Shown here one piece after another: positions 9,575 to 18,738 of a DNA stretch of 64,000 nt. The notes under the pieces were generated by a model. It was given only the letters and a program-made list of their open reading frames with translations. It made no database searches and was not told where the DNA came from. The stretch lies in NCBI GenBank assembly GCA_003151815.1, contig PLYN01000045.1, positions 126,511 to 190,510 of the forward strand, in the 5' to 3' direction. Position 1 is the stretch's first letter; the number at the start of each line of letters is the position of its first letter. This DNA is from Bacteroidota bacterium (GTDB lineage Bacteria; Bacteroidota; Bacteroidia; 2-12-FULL-35-15). The position numbers and the translations under genes are program-made.

Positions 9575-10102
9575 ATGACCGATGAGCAAATTGTAGATGG
9601 TTGCATTAAAAAAAATGCCATTGCTCAGAAATATTTATATGATAAATTTTCCCGTAAAATGATGGGCGTATGCCTACGTTATTGCGATAGTGAACAAGAA
9701 GCAGAGGATGTATTGCAAAATGGATTCATTACTGTATTCGGTAATTTAGAATCATATAAAGGAACAGGTTCTTTTGAAGGTTGGATCAGAAAAATAATGG
9801 TAAACACTGCGCTTACCAATATTAGAAAAAATAAAAAATTCAAACAAAACATTGCATTGGATAGCGTGGAGTTCATGATTCCGGCAACAAACCATACAGG
9901 TGATAATTTTGCAGCTCAGGATTTGTTAAAAATAATACAACAATTACCAACAGGAAGTAGAACAGTTTTTAATTTATATGCAATAGAAGGCTATTCCCAC
10001 AATGAAATAGCGGAGATGTTAAATATTTCAGAAGGCACATCTAAATCGCAATATTCAAGAGCAAGGGCATATTTACAAAAAGTAATACCATCAGATAGAT
10101 AA
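9575..10102 (+). CDS. RNA polymerase ECF-type sigma-70 factor
   Basis: Sigma-70 region 2 (YLYDKFSRKMMGVCLRYCDSEQEAEDVLQNGFITVF) and region 4 HTH (YSHNEIAEMLNISEGTSKSQYSRA). Confidence 0.85.
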   Translation: MTDEQIVDGCIKKNAIAQKYLYDKFSRKMMGVCLRYCDSEQEAEDVLQNGFITVFGNLESYKGTGSFEGWIRKIMVNTALTNIRKNKKFKQNIALDSVEFMIPATNHTGDNFAAQDLLKIIQQLPTGSRTVFNLYAIEGYSHNEIAEMLNISEGTSKSQYSRARAYLQKVIPSDR

Positions 10103-10106
10103 GGAA

Positions 10107-11132
10107 ATGAAAGAAAATGATATTGATGATTTATTTAAAAAATCGTTCGACAACTTTGAAGCCAAAGTAAAACCGAGCGTTTGGAAAAATATTCAAGTTG
10201 GATTAAAATGGGGCGGAGCCGGGCTGGTGGTTAAATTTATCTTAAATAAGATAGGTGCCAACACTGTTGTTGCTGTCCTTTCATCTGCAGCTACTGTAAT
10301 TAGTACCGTAATGGTGATGAATTGGACCCATGGCAATGCTGACAAAACTCCTTTAGAAGTAAATAAAACCCAAACCGAATCAATAGCTACTGTTGAAAAA
10401 TCTGCCCATATAATTAATTCTGATGCCACAGAACCAATCAAACCAATTGCTGAAGAACAAAAAATAGAAAATGTAAAAACACTTTTAACGAATGAAGTTA
10501 AGGTAGATAAACACGAACAAAAAACCGAATCTCAACCGGAAACAGATGCTGTTGAATATGTTAAAGCAGACCATCAAAAAATGAAATCGGTTATTACAAC
10601 CTTTTCCGAACAATCAATTGCCTCTATTTCTGCAAGTCCTGTAGGTGGTTCAGTTCCTTTAATTGTCAATCTGATGAATACCGGAAATGGCAGTACCAAT
10701 AAGTGGACATACAGTGATGGAAAAAAAGAGAACAATAGTTCGAACCCTGTTCATGTATTTGAAGCACCGGGTATTTATTCAATAACACTTACTTCAACAA
10801 ATGCTGAAGGGAAAACTGCAGTTGATAGCATACGAATTGAAGTTACAGGAAATTCATCCATATCATCTATTCCAACTTTGTTTTCACCAAATGGCGATGG
10901 AATAGCGGATGTATTTACTTTTCAAAGTAAAAATATGATCAATATGAAGGTTGAAATTTTCGATAAAAAAGGAATCATATTTTACAAATGGCTTGGTAAT
11001 GGCGGTAAATGGGATGGAAGAAATCTGAAAGGTGAAAAAGCCAAAGAAGGTACTTATTTTTATATTATAAGCGCCGAAGGTGTTGATGGTAAAAAGTACG
11101 AACAAAAAGGAGCAATAAACCTAGCCAGATAA
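10107..11132 (+). CDS. Membrane-anchored protein with a PKD domain and a T9SS type B (CHU_C/gliding-motility-associated) C-terminal sorting domain; sits in the anti-sigma position 4 bp after the ECF sigma gene
   Basis: Short N-terminal region then a hydrophobic segment (GAGLVVKFILNKIGANTVVAVLSSAATVISTVMVM). PKD-like block (PVHVFEAPGIYSITLTSTNAEGK). C-terminus FSPNGDGIADVFTF...WDGRNLKGEKAKEGTYFYIISAEG...AINLAR matches the type B sorting domain. Confidence 0.6.
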   Translation: MKENDIDDLFKKSFDNFEAKVKPSVWKNIQVGLKWGGAGLVVKFILNKIGANTVVAVLSSAATVISTVMVMNWTHGNADKTPLEVNKTQTESIATVEKSAHIINSDATEPIKPIAEEQKIENVKTLLTNEVKVDKHEQKTESQPETDAVEYVKADHQKMKSVITTFSEQSIASISASPVGGSVPLIVNLMNTGNGSTNKWTYSDGKKENNSSNPVHVFEAPGIYSITLTSTNAEGKTAVDSIRIEVTGNSSISSIPTLFSPNGDGIADVFTFQSKNMINMKVEIFDKKGIIFYKWLGNGGKWDGRNLKGEKAKEGTYFYIISAEGVDGKKYEQKGAINLAR

Positions 11133-11233
11133 AATTTTAAATTTCATACTGATTAGTGCAAATGATGCACAGAGTTTCCCCACATAAAATAGACAAAATA
11201 TTTTTTTGTTTGAACATCAACTAAACTATTCCT

Positions 11234-11262
11234 TTTGGTCAGGATTTGTAATCCTGACCAAA
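11234..11262. repeat. Dispersed palindromic element TTTGGTCAGGATTTGTAATCCTGACCAAA (copy 1 of 2; see 36652)
   Basis: Perfect 13-bp arms. A 29/30-identical copy lies at 36653-36681. Confidence 0.6.
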
Positions 11263-11332
11263 GAATAATTCATTCCCTCTCTCTAAATTAAGTAATTTTT
11301 AACCCCTCCCTGTATGGAAAAATCCATTATAT

Positions 11333-12229
11333 TTGCCTTCCGTTGTAAAAAACACAATAAACACACTAAAAGATAGTTACTTAGGCTTGAAAAAATATTT
11401 TTTTATATTTACAATTACCTTACTTCCTACACTTACAGGATTCGCCCAACGCACTCAAAAAAGCAGCGAAATTGGCTTGTTTCTGGGTGGTTGCTATTAT
11501 ATCGGGGACATAAACCCAAATGGACATTTTAGTCAATTTACAAAACCTGCCGGCGGGATTGTCTATCGTTATAATTTTAACCCTCGTTTTGCCGCACGTG
11601 CCAATGCATTGTATGGGCATTATGAGGCGCATGATTCATATTCTAAATCCGCATATCAAAGACAACGTAACTTAAGCGTAAAATCTGAAGTTATCGAGGT
11701 ATCTGCTCAATTCGAATTTAATTTTCAGAATTACGAGATAGGCAAAGATAAATCAATGCTTTCTCCTTACATTTTTATGGGGCTTGGTGGTTTTTATTTT
11801 AATCCTCAAGGGCAGCTTGGCAATGATTGGGTTGATCTTCGTCCTCTGCATACCGAAGGACAAGGACTCGCAGGATCAGCAACAAAAAGCCAGTATAAAC
11901 AACTTCAAATTTCCATTCCTATGGGCGTTGGTGTTAAAGCTGTTTTTTCTAAAGGACTTGGTATTGGTTTTGAATGGGGGATGCGTAAAACATTTACCGA
12001 TTATCTGGATGATGTAAGTAGACGATATTATGATCCTAATTTACTGGCTGCTCAAAAAGGTGCGACGGCCGCTCTAATGTCGGACCCCAGTATTGGAACT
12101 GATCCTAATCACACCAATGTTGGAAAGATGAGGGGAAATTCAACAACAAAAGATTGGTATAATTTTTTTGGAATAGTATTAACAATAAAAATAAATCGAA
12201 AGGCTGACCTCTGTCCTGTTGCGTATTGA
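11333..12229 (+). CDS. Outer-membrane beta-barrel protein (DUF6089-like)
   Basis: Signal peptide ...FIFTITLLPTLTGFAQ. Alternating hydrophobic beta-strand patterns and a Gly-rich motif GIGFEWGMRKTF. The true start is probably an internal TTG/ATG downstream of 11333. Confidence 0.45.
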   Translation: MPSVVKNTINTLKDSYLGLKKYFFIFTITLLPTLTGFAQRTQKSSEIGLFLGGCYYIGDINPNGHFSQFTKPAGGIVYRYNFNPRFAARANALYGHYEAHDSYSKSAYQRQRNLSVKSEVIEVSAQFEFNFQNYEIGKDKSMLSPYIFMGLGGFYFNPQGQLGNDWVDLRPLHTEGQGLAGSATKSQYKQLQISIPMGVGVKAVFSKGLGIGFEWGMRKTFTDYLDDVSRRYYDPNLLAAQKGATAALMSDPSIGTDPNHTNVGKMRGNSTTKDWYNFFGIVLTIKINRKADLCPVAY

Positions 12230-12257
12230 GTTTAAAGTTTTAAAGTTCAAAGTTTTT
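12229..12257. repeat. TYAAAGTT tandem-unit repeat (AAAGTT family), left copy
   Basis: agtttaaagttttaaagttcaaagttttt. Confidence 0.6.
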
Positions 12258-12350
12258 GAGATCACAACAGAATATCAATGTAGGAAGATGAATTTAAAAG
12301 CAGTTTGAAACAGTAGAATAACAATTCACAAAGTAAAAAATTAGACGCGC

Positions 12351-12376
12351 AACTTTAAAACTTTGAACTTTAAACT
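12351..12376. repeat. AAAGTT-family repeat, inverted copy (AACTTT units), immediately upstream of the uppS ATG
   Basis: aactttaaaactttgaactttaaact; together with 12229-12257 it forms a head-to-head pair around a spacer of about 90 bp. Confidence 0.6.
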
Positions 12377-12382
12377 AATTAA

Positions 12383-13123
12383 ATGAGCTTAAAAGATAAA
12401 ATTAATCCTGAAACATTACCACAACACATTGCTATTATCATGGATGGTAATGGAAGGTGGGCTAAACAACATGGTGCGGATCGGATTTTTGGTCATGAGA
12501 ATGGTGTAAAATCGGTGCGTGATACTGTTGAAGCCGCTGCTGAAGTGGGAGTGAAATTTCTTACATTATATGCATTTTCAACTGAAAATTGGAATCGTCC
12601 TCAGGAGGAAGTGATTGCACTGATGCAGTTACTTGTGCATACTATTAATGCTGAAACAAAAACATTGAACAAGAATAGCATCCGCTTGCAAGCCATTGGT
12701 GATTTAAAAAGTTTACCGGTTGATTGTTATAATGAGCTACAGGAAGCTATTGACAATACAAAAAATAATACCCGAATGACACTTGTGCTGGCTTTAAGCT
12801 ATAGTTCACGCTGGGAGATTACGAATGCGGTTAAACAAATTGCTGAAAAAATAGAAAACAAAACGCTATCCGTTGCAGAAATAAATGAAAATACCATCAA
12901 TTCTCATCTCTGCACAGCTAATATACCCGATCCGGAACTAATGATTCGTACAAGCGGAGAGAACCGTATCAGTAATTTTTTGTTGTGGCAGTTGGCATAT
13001 ACCGAACTGTATTTTACCGAAAAATTATGGCCGGATTTTAGAAAAGAAGATCTATACCTCGCCATACTTAATTATCAAACCCGTGAACGCAGGTTTGGAA
13101 AAACGAGTGAGCAAATAGTTTAA
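12383..13123 (+). CDS. uppS: Isoprenyl transferase / undecaprenyl-diphosphate synthase
   Basis: HIAIIMDGNGRWAKQ, ENWNRP, ELYFTEKLWPDF motifs; about 246 aa. Confidence 0.9.
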   Translation: MSLKDKINPETLPQHIAIIMDGNGRWAKQHGADRIFGHENGVKSVRDTVEAAAEVGVKFLTLYAFSTENWNRPQEEVIALMQLLVHTINAETKTLNKNSIRLQAIGDLKSLPVDCYNELQEAIDNTKNNTRMTLVLALSYSSRWEITNAVKQIAEKIENKTLSVAEINENTINSHLCTANIPDPELMIRTSGENRISNFLLWQLAYTELYFTEKLWPDFRKEDLYLAILNYQTRERRFGKTSEQIV

Positions 13124-13205
13124 CAATACTATATTCCACATTTGTAATTTACATTATAAAACAAATAAATAAACAGGTTGAAAACCTGTTATTACAACAC
13201 TTACG

Positions 13206-15752
13206 ATGTACAAAAAAATTGCTGTATTGTTTTATTTTTCAATAGTTACAACTGTATTAAAAGCTCAAAACCCATCTGCTGGAAAGGATTCCACATCCTT
13301 TGATTTTTCTACCCCGAAAGAATACGAAATAGGAGGCATTTTTGTATCCGGCTCCGATCATTTAGATCAAAATGTATTAACATTATTATCCGGATTAAGT
13401 GTTGGAGATAAGGTTCAGGTACCGGGAGATAAATTTTCTACGGCAATTGAAAACTTATGGAAACAAGGACTTTTTGAAGATGTGAAAATTACCGCTACAA
13501 AAATTAAAGGTTCAACTATTTACATAAATATTACTGTTCTCGAACGTCCACGTTTATCAAAATTCATACTCAAAGGTTTGAAAAAAAGTGAAGCCGATGA
13601 TGTACGTGAAAAAATAAAATTGATAAAAGGAAAAGTGCTAACGGATGGATTAATTTCATCTACTTCCTTAATAGTGAAAGAATTTTTTATGAAAAAAGGA
13701 TTTATGGACGTTAAAGTTGTTATAGCAAAAGATAAAGATGAAAAGGTTGAGAATACTGTAATACTTACCATTTCTATTGATAAAGGATCAAAAATAAAAA
13801 TAAAAAATATTAATATTATTGGAACCAACTCCATTCCATTATCGAAACTGCGCAGAACATTAAAGGAAACCAAACCCAAACGATGGTGGAATCCATTTAA
13901 TGCCGGCAAGTTTAAAGAAGAGGATTATGAAAAAGATAAAAAATCACTTATTGCAAAATATAATGAGAAAGGTTTTCGTGATGCAAAAATTGTAAGAGAT
14001 ACTATTTATCGTGTTGAAAAAAACCGTATAAATATTGATATAGTTATTGATGAAGGACACAAATATTATTTTCGTAACATTTCCTGGGTAGGTAATAGTA
14101 AATATTCTAACAGGGAACTTAGTAATATTCTTGGCATCAAAAAAGGTGATATATACGATCAGACTCAATTGGAATCAAAATTATTCATGAATCCCAACGG
14201 CAATGATGTAAGTTCACTATATATGGATGATGGTTATTTGTTTTTTAGTGTGTCACCTGTTGAAACAACAGTTGTAAATGATTCTATTGATCTTGAAATG
14301 CGTATTTTTGAAGGTAAGCAAGCAACCATCAATAAAATAACCATTGTTGGCAATTCCAAAACCAATGACCATGTTATTCTTCGTGAAATACGCACCAAAC
14401 CCGGTCAATTGTTTCGCAGGTCAGATATTATTCGTACCCAACGCGAGTTATCTCAATTAGGTTATTTTGATCCGGAAAAAATGAATGTTACGCCCACTCC
14501 CAACCAAGCTACAGGTACTGTTGATATTGAATATAAAGTGGAAGAAAAACCTTCTGACCAAATCGAACTTTCAGGAGGTTATGGTAATAAACAAATAGTT
14601 GGAACGTTAGGTGTTTCGTTCAATAATTTTTCCGGGAAAAATTTTTTAAAGAAAAATGCGTGGCGTCCTTTGCCATCCGGTGATGGTCAGCGTTTGAGCG
14701 TTCGTGCACAATCAACCGGAATATATTATCAATCCTATAATATTTCGTTTACCGAACCATGGTTAGGTGGTAAAAAACCAAACGCATTTAGTGTAACTGC
14801 ATATTATTCTGTACAATCAAATGGAATATCAAAGAAAAACTCAACGAGCGAAAATCCACGTACTGACCTTGATATATTGGGCGTCTCGGTTGGTTTAGGT
14901 AAACGTCTGAAAAAACCGGATGATTATTTTACATTATACCAAGAGGTGGATTATGAGTATTATACATTAAATAATTACAGTAGCGGTACTACTCTTTTCT
15001 CTTTTAGTAAAGGCTATTCAAATGAAATTTTTTACAAAGCATCTTTACAACGTAATTCAATTGATAAACCAATTTTTTCAACACGTGGTTCACAAATAGC
15101 TTTAACAGGTCTATTTACTCCGCCATATTCATTATTAAATAATAAAGATTATTCAAATCCGTTGCTGACAGATCAGCAACGATACAAATTTGTAGAGTTT
15201 CAAAAATATAAATTTACTGCGAAATTTTATACTCCAATTACAAATAAACGCGGGGCTGAAGGCAAGGAGGCAAGGAACCTGATATTATACACATCAGCAG
15301 GTTTTGGTTTGTTAGCACCCTATCAAACCAAAGTGGGAGCTGTGCCTTTTGAACGTTTTTATTTAGGGGGAAGTGGATTGACAGGATTTTCATTAGGTGG
15401 TAGAGAAATTATTGCATTAAGAGGTTATGATGATCAATCAATGTCTCCACGGACCGGAGCGGCTTTCATTGCAAAATATTCAATGGAATTGCGTTTTCCG
15501 ATAACAACTAACCCGCAAGCAACAATTTACGTTCTTGGTTTTACCGATGCAGGTAATTCATGGGCTAATGCAAAAGATTTTAATCCGTTTAACGTATATC
15601 GTTCAGCGGGTGCGGGTGTAAGAATATTTTTACCAATGTTCGGGTTACTTGGATTTGATTACGGCTGGAGAATGGATACGTTGCCAACCGCTCCGAACAT
15701 GCAAAAGGGACAATTCCACTTTACTATTGGAGCCTCAATCGGAGAATTGTAA
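13206..15752 (+). CDS. bamA: Outer membrane protein assembly factor BamA (POTRA repeats + Omp85 barrel)
   Basis: Signal peptide, multiple POTRA-like segments, C-terminal Omp85 barrel; conserved position after uppS. Confidence 0.9.
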   Translation: MYKKIAVLFYFSIVTTVLKAQNPSAGKDSTSFDFSTPKEYEIGGIFVSGSDHLDQNVLTLLSGLSVGDKVQVPGDKFSTAIENLWKQGLFEDVKITATKIKGSTIYINITVLERPRLSKFILKGLKKSEADDVREKIKLIKGKVLTDGLISSTSLIVKEFFMKKGFMDVKVVIAKDKDEKVENTVILTISIDKGSKIKIKNINIIGTNSIPLSKLRRTLKETKPKRWWNPFNAGKFKEEDYEKDKKSLIAKYNEKGFRDAKIVRDTIYRVEKNRINIDIVIDEGHKYYFRNISWVGNSKYSNRELSNILGIKKGDIYDQTQLESKLFMNPNGNDVSSLYMDDGYLFFSVSPVETTVVNDSIDLEMRIFEGKQATINKITIVGNSKTNDHVILREIRTKPGQLFRRSDIIRTQRELSQLGYFDPEKMNVTPTPNQATGTVDIEYKVEEKPSDQIELSGGYGNKQIVGTLGVSFNNFSGKNFLKKNAWRPLPSGDGQRLSVRAQSTGIYYQSYNISFTEPWLGGKKPNAFSVTAYYSVQSNGISKKNSTSENPRTDLDILGVSVGLGKRLKKPDDYFTLYQEVDYEYYTLNNYSSGTTLFSFSKGYSNEIFYKASLQRNSIDKPIFSTRGSQIALTGLFTPPYSLLNNKDYSNPLLTDQQRYKFVEFQKYKFTAKFYTPITNKRGAEGKEARNLILYTSAGFGLLAPYQTKVGAVPFERFYLGGSGLTGFSLGGREIIALRGYDDQSMSPRTGAAFIAKYSMELRFPITTNPQATIYVLGFTDAGNSWANAKDFNPFNVYRSAGAGVRIFLPMFGLLGFDYGWRMDTLPTAPNMQKGQFHFTIGASIGEL

Positions 15753-15782
15753 TGTATAAGTTTAATTTTAAAGGATATTGAA

Positions 15783-16301
15783 ATGAAAAAATTAATTTTA
15801 ATTGCAGTCTTTCTATTTGCAACAAATGTTATTACATTTGCACAAAAAATTGGATATGTTGATACGGAATATATTTTAAGTAAAATTCCTGAATACAAAA
15901 CGGCACAAACAGAATTAGATAACATATCCATTCAGTGGCAAAAAGAGATTGAAGCAAAATATACCGAAATTGATAAGATGAATAAAGCTTATGAAGCCGA
16001 ACAAATCTTGCTCACTGACGATATGAAATCAAAACGGGAAAAAGATATTGCTTCAAAAGAAAACGAGGTAAAAGATTTACAAAAACAGCGTTTCGGAATA
16101 GATGGCGAATTATTTAAAAAACGCCAGTCATTAGTAAAACCTATTCAGGATAAAGTATATAATGCAATAAAAGCAATTGCCGAAAAAGGTGCGTATTCGA
16201 TAATTTTTGATAAAGCAAGTGATATAACAATGCTTTACTCAAGTCCAAAACTTGATAAGAGTGATGCAGTATTAAAGCAATTGGGATTACTAAAGAAATA
16301 A
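15783..16301 (+). CDS. OmpH/Skp-family periplasmic chaperone
   Basis: Signal peptide, coiled-coil-rich protein of about 170 aa, downstream of bamA. Confidence 0.8.
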   Translation: MKKLILIAVFLFATNVITFAQKIGYVDTEYILSKIPEYKTAQTELDNISIQWQKEIEAKYTEIDKMNKAYEAEQILLTDDMKSKREKDIASKENEVKDLQKQRFGIDGELFKKRQSLVKPIQDKVYNAIKAIAEKGAYSIIFDKASDITMLYSSPKLDKSDAVLKQLGLLKK

Positions 16302-16339
16302 ATAGATTAACAATTAATAATTAATAAAAATCCATCACC

Positions 16340-16912
16340 ATGAAGAATAAATTAAAACTAGTTATTATAGGAGTTGTAATAACAGCATGTTCATTTACTA
16401 ATGTATCCGCACAAAAAATTGCACACGTTAATTTAGACTCGTTAATTACCCTTTTACCTGAATCGAAAATTGCACAACAAGGTGTTCAGGAATATGCTAA
16501 GCAATTGGAACAACAAGTTACTGCAATGCAAGCAGAGTTGCAAACCAAATATGCCGAATTTCAGGAAAAATCAAAAGATATGGCTGAATTGGTGCGTGCT
16601 TCAAAAGAAAAAGAATTAAATGATTTGAACCAACGTATTCAGGATTTCCAACAACAAGCGCAAGCCGATTATCAAAAGAAAAGCGCTGAATTTTCAAAAC
16701 CTGTTTACGAAAAAGCGAAAAGAGCCATCGATCAGGTAGCAAGGGAGAACGGTTATAAATATGTGTTAGATACAAGTACAGGCATTGTTCTTTTCTCTGA
16801 ACCTTCCGATGATATTATTGCACTTGTTATTAAAAAACTTGGAGTTGTGCCAAACGCTACCCCTACTCCTATTAATGCTCCTGCAGGAACTCCCCCAACT
16901 CATAAAAAATAA
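16340..16912 (+). CDS. OmpH/Skp-family periplasmic chaperone (second copy)
   Basis: Same architecture as the first copy; the tandem arrangement is typical of Bacteroidetes. Confidence 0.8.
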   Translation: MKNKLKLVIIGVVITACSFTNVSAQKIAHVNLDSLITLLPESKIAQQGVQEYAKQLEQQVTAMQAELQTKYAEFQEKSKDMAELVRASKEKELNDLNQRIQDFQQQAQADYQKKSAEFSKPVYEKAKRAIDQVARENGYKYVLDTSTGIVLFSEPSDDIIALVIKKLGVVPNATPTPINAPAGTPPTHKK

Positions 16913-16937
16913 AAACTGAAACTCAATTTTTTTTCAA

Positions 16938-16967
16938 AAGCCCCACAAAATTGTGGGGCTTTTTTTG
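16938..16967. terminator. Rho-independent terminator (bidirectional, between convergent genes)
   Basis: aaagccccacaaaattgtggggctttttttt: GC stem followed by a T-run, preceded by an A-run. Confidence 0.7.
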
Positions 16968-16991
16968 TAATTTTCAATTGATATAAATTAG

Positions 16992-17618
16992 TTAAATGCG
17001 CTCCTCTCTGCGTGGAGAAGGGTTTTTGGGGAGGTCAGAAATAATTCGCAATTTTTTATAAACTGCATCCCGTTTTAATTCGCGAACATCACCGGGCTGC
17101 ATACTCTCTAATCGAATATCTTCAATAGCAATACGAATTAACCGAATACAAGGGAAGCCCACTCCGGCGGTCATTTTACGTACCTGGTGATATTTACCTT
17201 CGGTTAAAGTGAGTTCAATCCATGATGTTGGTAAATTTTCACTGACTGGATGCGCGCGCGCGGGAAGATTTTCTGGTTCTCTTACTTGTTTTACCTTGCA
17301 CGGTTTTGTATTATATTCGCCAGCATCCAAAGCAATGGTTACACCAGCTTCAATTTGTTTTAGCGCTTCAGGAGTAACGATGCCTTGTAACTGAACGAGG
17401 TAGATGCGTTTATGTTCAAATTCCGGATTCAGTAATTTAAAGTTAAGACTTTTATCATTGGTTAAAATCAATAAGCCTTCACTATTTTCATCCAAACGCC
17501 CTAAGGGATAAACATCTTTTGGAAAAATAAAATTTAATGAATCCAAACACTTCTTCTTGTGTGAAGAGGTGAATTGTGAAATTATTTTATAAGGCTTATA
17601 GATAATGTAGTAATTCAT
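16992..17618 (-). CDS. Pseudouridine synthase, RsuA/RluE-like (no S4 domain)
   Basis: Catalytic motif LGRLDENSEGLLILTNDKS; about 208 aa. Confidence 0.75.
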   Translation of the reverse strand: MNYYIIYKPYKIISQFTSSHKKKCLDSLNFIFPKDVYPLGRLDENSEGLLILTNDKSLNFKLLNPEFEHKRIYLVQLQGIVTPEALKQIEAGVTIALDAGEYNTKPCKVKQVREPENLPARAHPVSENLPTSWIELTLTEGKYHQVRKMTAGVGFPCIRLIRIAIEDIRLESMQPGDVRELKRDAVYKKLRIISDLPKNPSPRREERI

Positions 17619-17623
17619 TTTTT

Positions 17624-17664
17624 AAACTAGTTTAAAGTTCAAAATTAGAAAGTTCAAAGTTGAA
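17624..17664. repeat. AAAGTT-family repeat; contains a minus-strand TAATTTTG -7 box (17640-17647) 21 nt upstream of the pseudouridine synthase ATG
   Basis: aaactagtttaaagttcaaaattagaaagttcaaagttgaa; the minus strand reads TAATTTTG, a TAnnTTTG match. Confidence 0.55.
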
Positions 17665-17732
17665 CGGTTTAAAATAACTTATTTCTTATATCGTTATTCT
17701 CAAGCACTTTGATAATGATTTTTCAATTACTG

Positions 17733-17759
17733 CAACTTTAAACTTTCTAACTTTGAACT
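17733..17759. repeat. AAAGTT-family repeat, inverted copy (contains TAACTTTG)
   Basis: aactttaaactttctaactttgaacta; paired head-to-head with 17624-17664. Confidence 0.55.
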
Positions 17760-18459
17760 AAATTATTTCACATTCAAATAGATCAGCAAAATGTTTTTTT
17801 AATTTTTGTTTTACTTCTTCATCGTCCACCTTTTTACCTAACTCTTTATTCATAGATGTAACAGCTTTATCAACAATGCCACAAGGTATAATGTTATTGA
17901 AATACCCCAGATCAACATTTACATTTAGCGCAAAGCCATGCATGGTAACCCATCGGCTGGCGCGTACACCCATTGCACATATTTTTCTTGCTTTCAAAGG
18001 GTTTTCAACATCTATCCATACACCGGTTTCTCCTTTGCTTCTGCTCGATTCTATACCATATTCCGATAATGTTCGAATTACTATTTCTTCTAAAAAACGA
18101 AGGTATTTATGGATGTCGGTAAAAAAATTGTCAAGATCTAAAATAGGGTAGCCAACAATTTGTCCAGGACCATGATAGGTGATATCTCCACCGCGATTTA
18201 TTTTGTAAAACGTAGCATTTTTTTCTTCCAGTTGCTGTTCGTTAATCAGCAAATTTTTTTTGTCCCCGCTATTACCAAGAGTATATACATTAGGGTGTTC
18301 GCAAAAGAGTAAATAGTTTGGTGTTTGCAAAACGAACTCAGAAGAAAGTTTACGATTGTTACTTTTAATTTGAACAACCTCATCAAATAATTTTTCTTGA
18401 TAATCCCAAGCTTGTTTATAATCTATGAGCCCTAAGTCTATCAATTTTACTAGTTGCAT
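17758..18459 (-). CDS. lipB: Lipoyl(octanoyl) transferase
   Basis: MQLVKLIDLGLIDYKQAWDYQ N-terminus and RGGDITYHGPGQ motif. Confidence 0.85.
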   Translation of the reverse strand: MQLVKLIDLGLIDYKQAWDYQEKLFDEVVQIKSNNRKLSSEFVLQTPNYLLFCEHPNVYTLGNSGDKKNLLINEQQLEEKNATFYKINRGGDITYHGPGQIVGYPILDLDNFFTDIHKYLRFLEEIVIRTLSEYGIESSRSKGETGVWIDVENPLKARKICAMGVRASRWVTMHGFALNVNVDLGYFNNIIPCGIVDKAVTSMNKELGKKVDDEEVKQKLKKHFADLFECEII

Positions 18460-18506
18460 TTTATTTTGGTTGTTTATTGCAGGCTCTATATGATATGTTT
18501 TGGTAA

Positions 18507-18714
18507 TTTAAACCACATAGAAACATAGTTTTATTGATAGTTGTTCTTTGTAGCTATTGGGAATATTTGAGAAGTTTTCATAGTTTTGAAGCTACGCTTC
18601 AAAAGATGTTCTTAAATCTATGTTAAAAATTTATTTTTCTATCTAACATCTCTTTTTAATGTTCTGGTAATAATGTTTACAAACAAAAATGATTATGTTT
18701 CTATGTGGTTAAAA
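18507..18714. repeat. Inverted-repeat pair (TTTAAACCACATAGAAACATA / TATGTTTCTATGTGGTTAAA) flanking about 165 bp; MITE-like or structured intergenic element
   Basis: Arms at 18507-18527 and 18694-18714, with a 17-bp perfect core aaccacatagaaacata. Confidence 0.5.
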
Positions 18715-18738
18715 ATTTTTTACTAATAGAATTCTCTC

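Noticed and set aside
18460-18738. Possible tRNA or other structured RNA gene in the lipB-isomerase spacer
   Set aside because: No cloverleaf-compatible arrangement (acceptor stem, T-loop GTTC) could be found; I interpret it as an inverted-repeat element instead.
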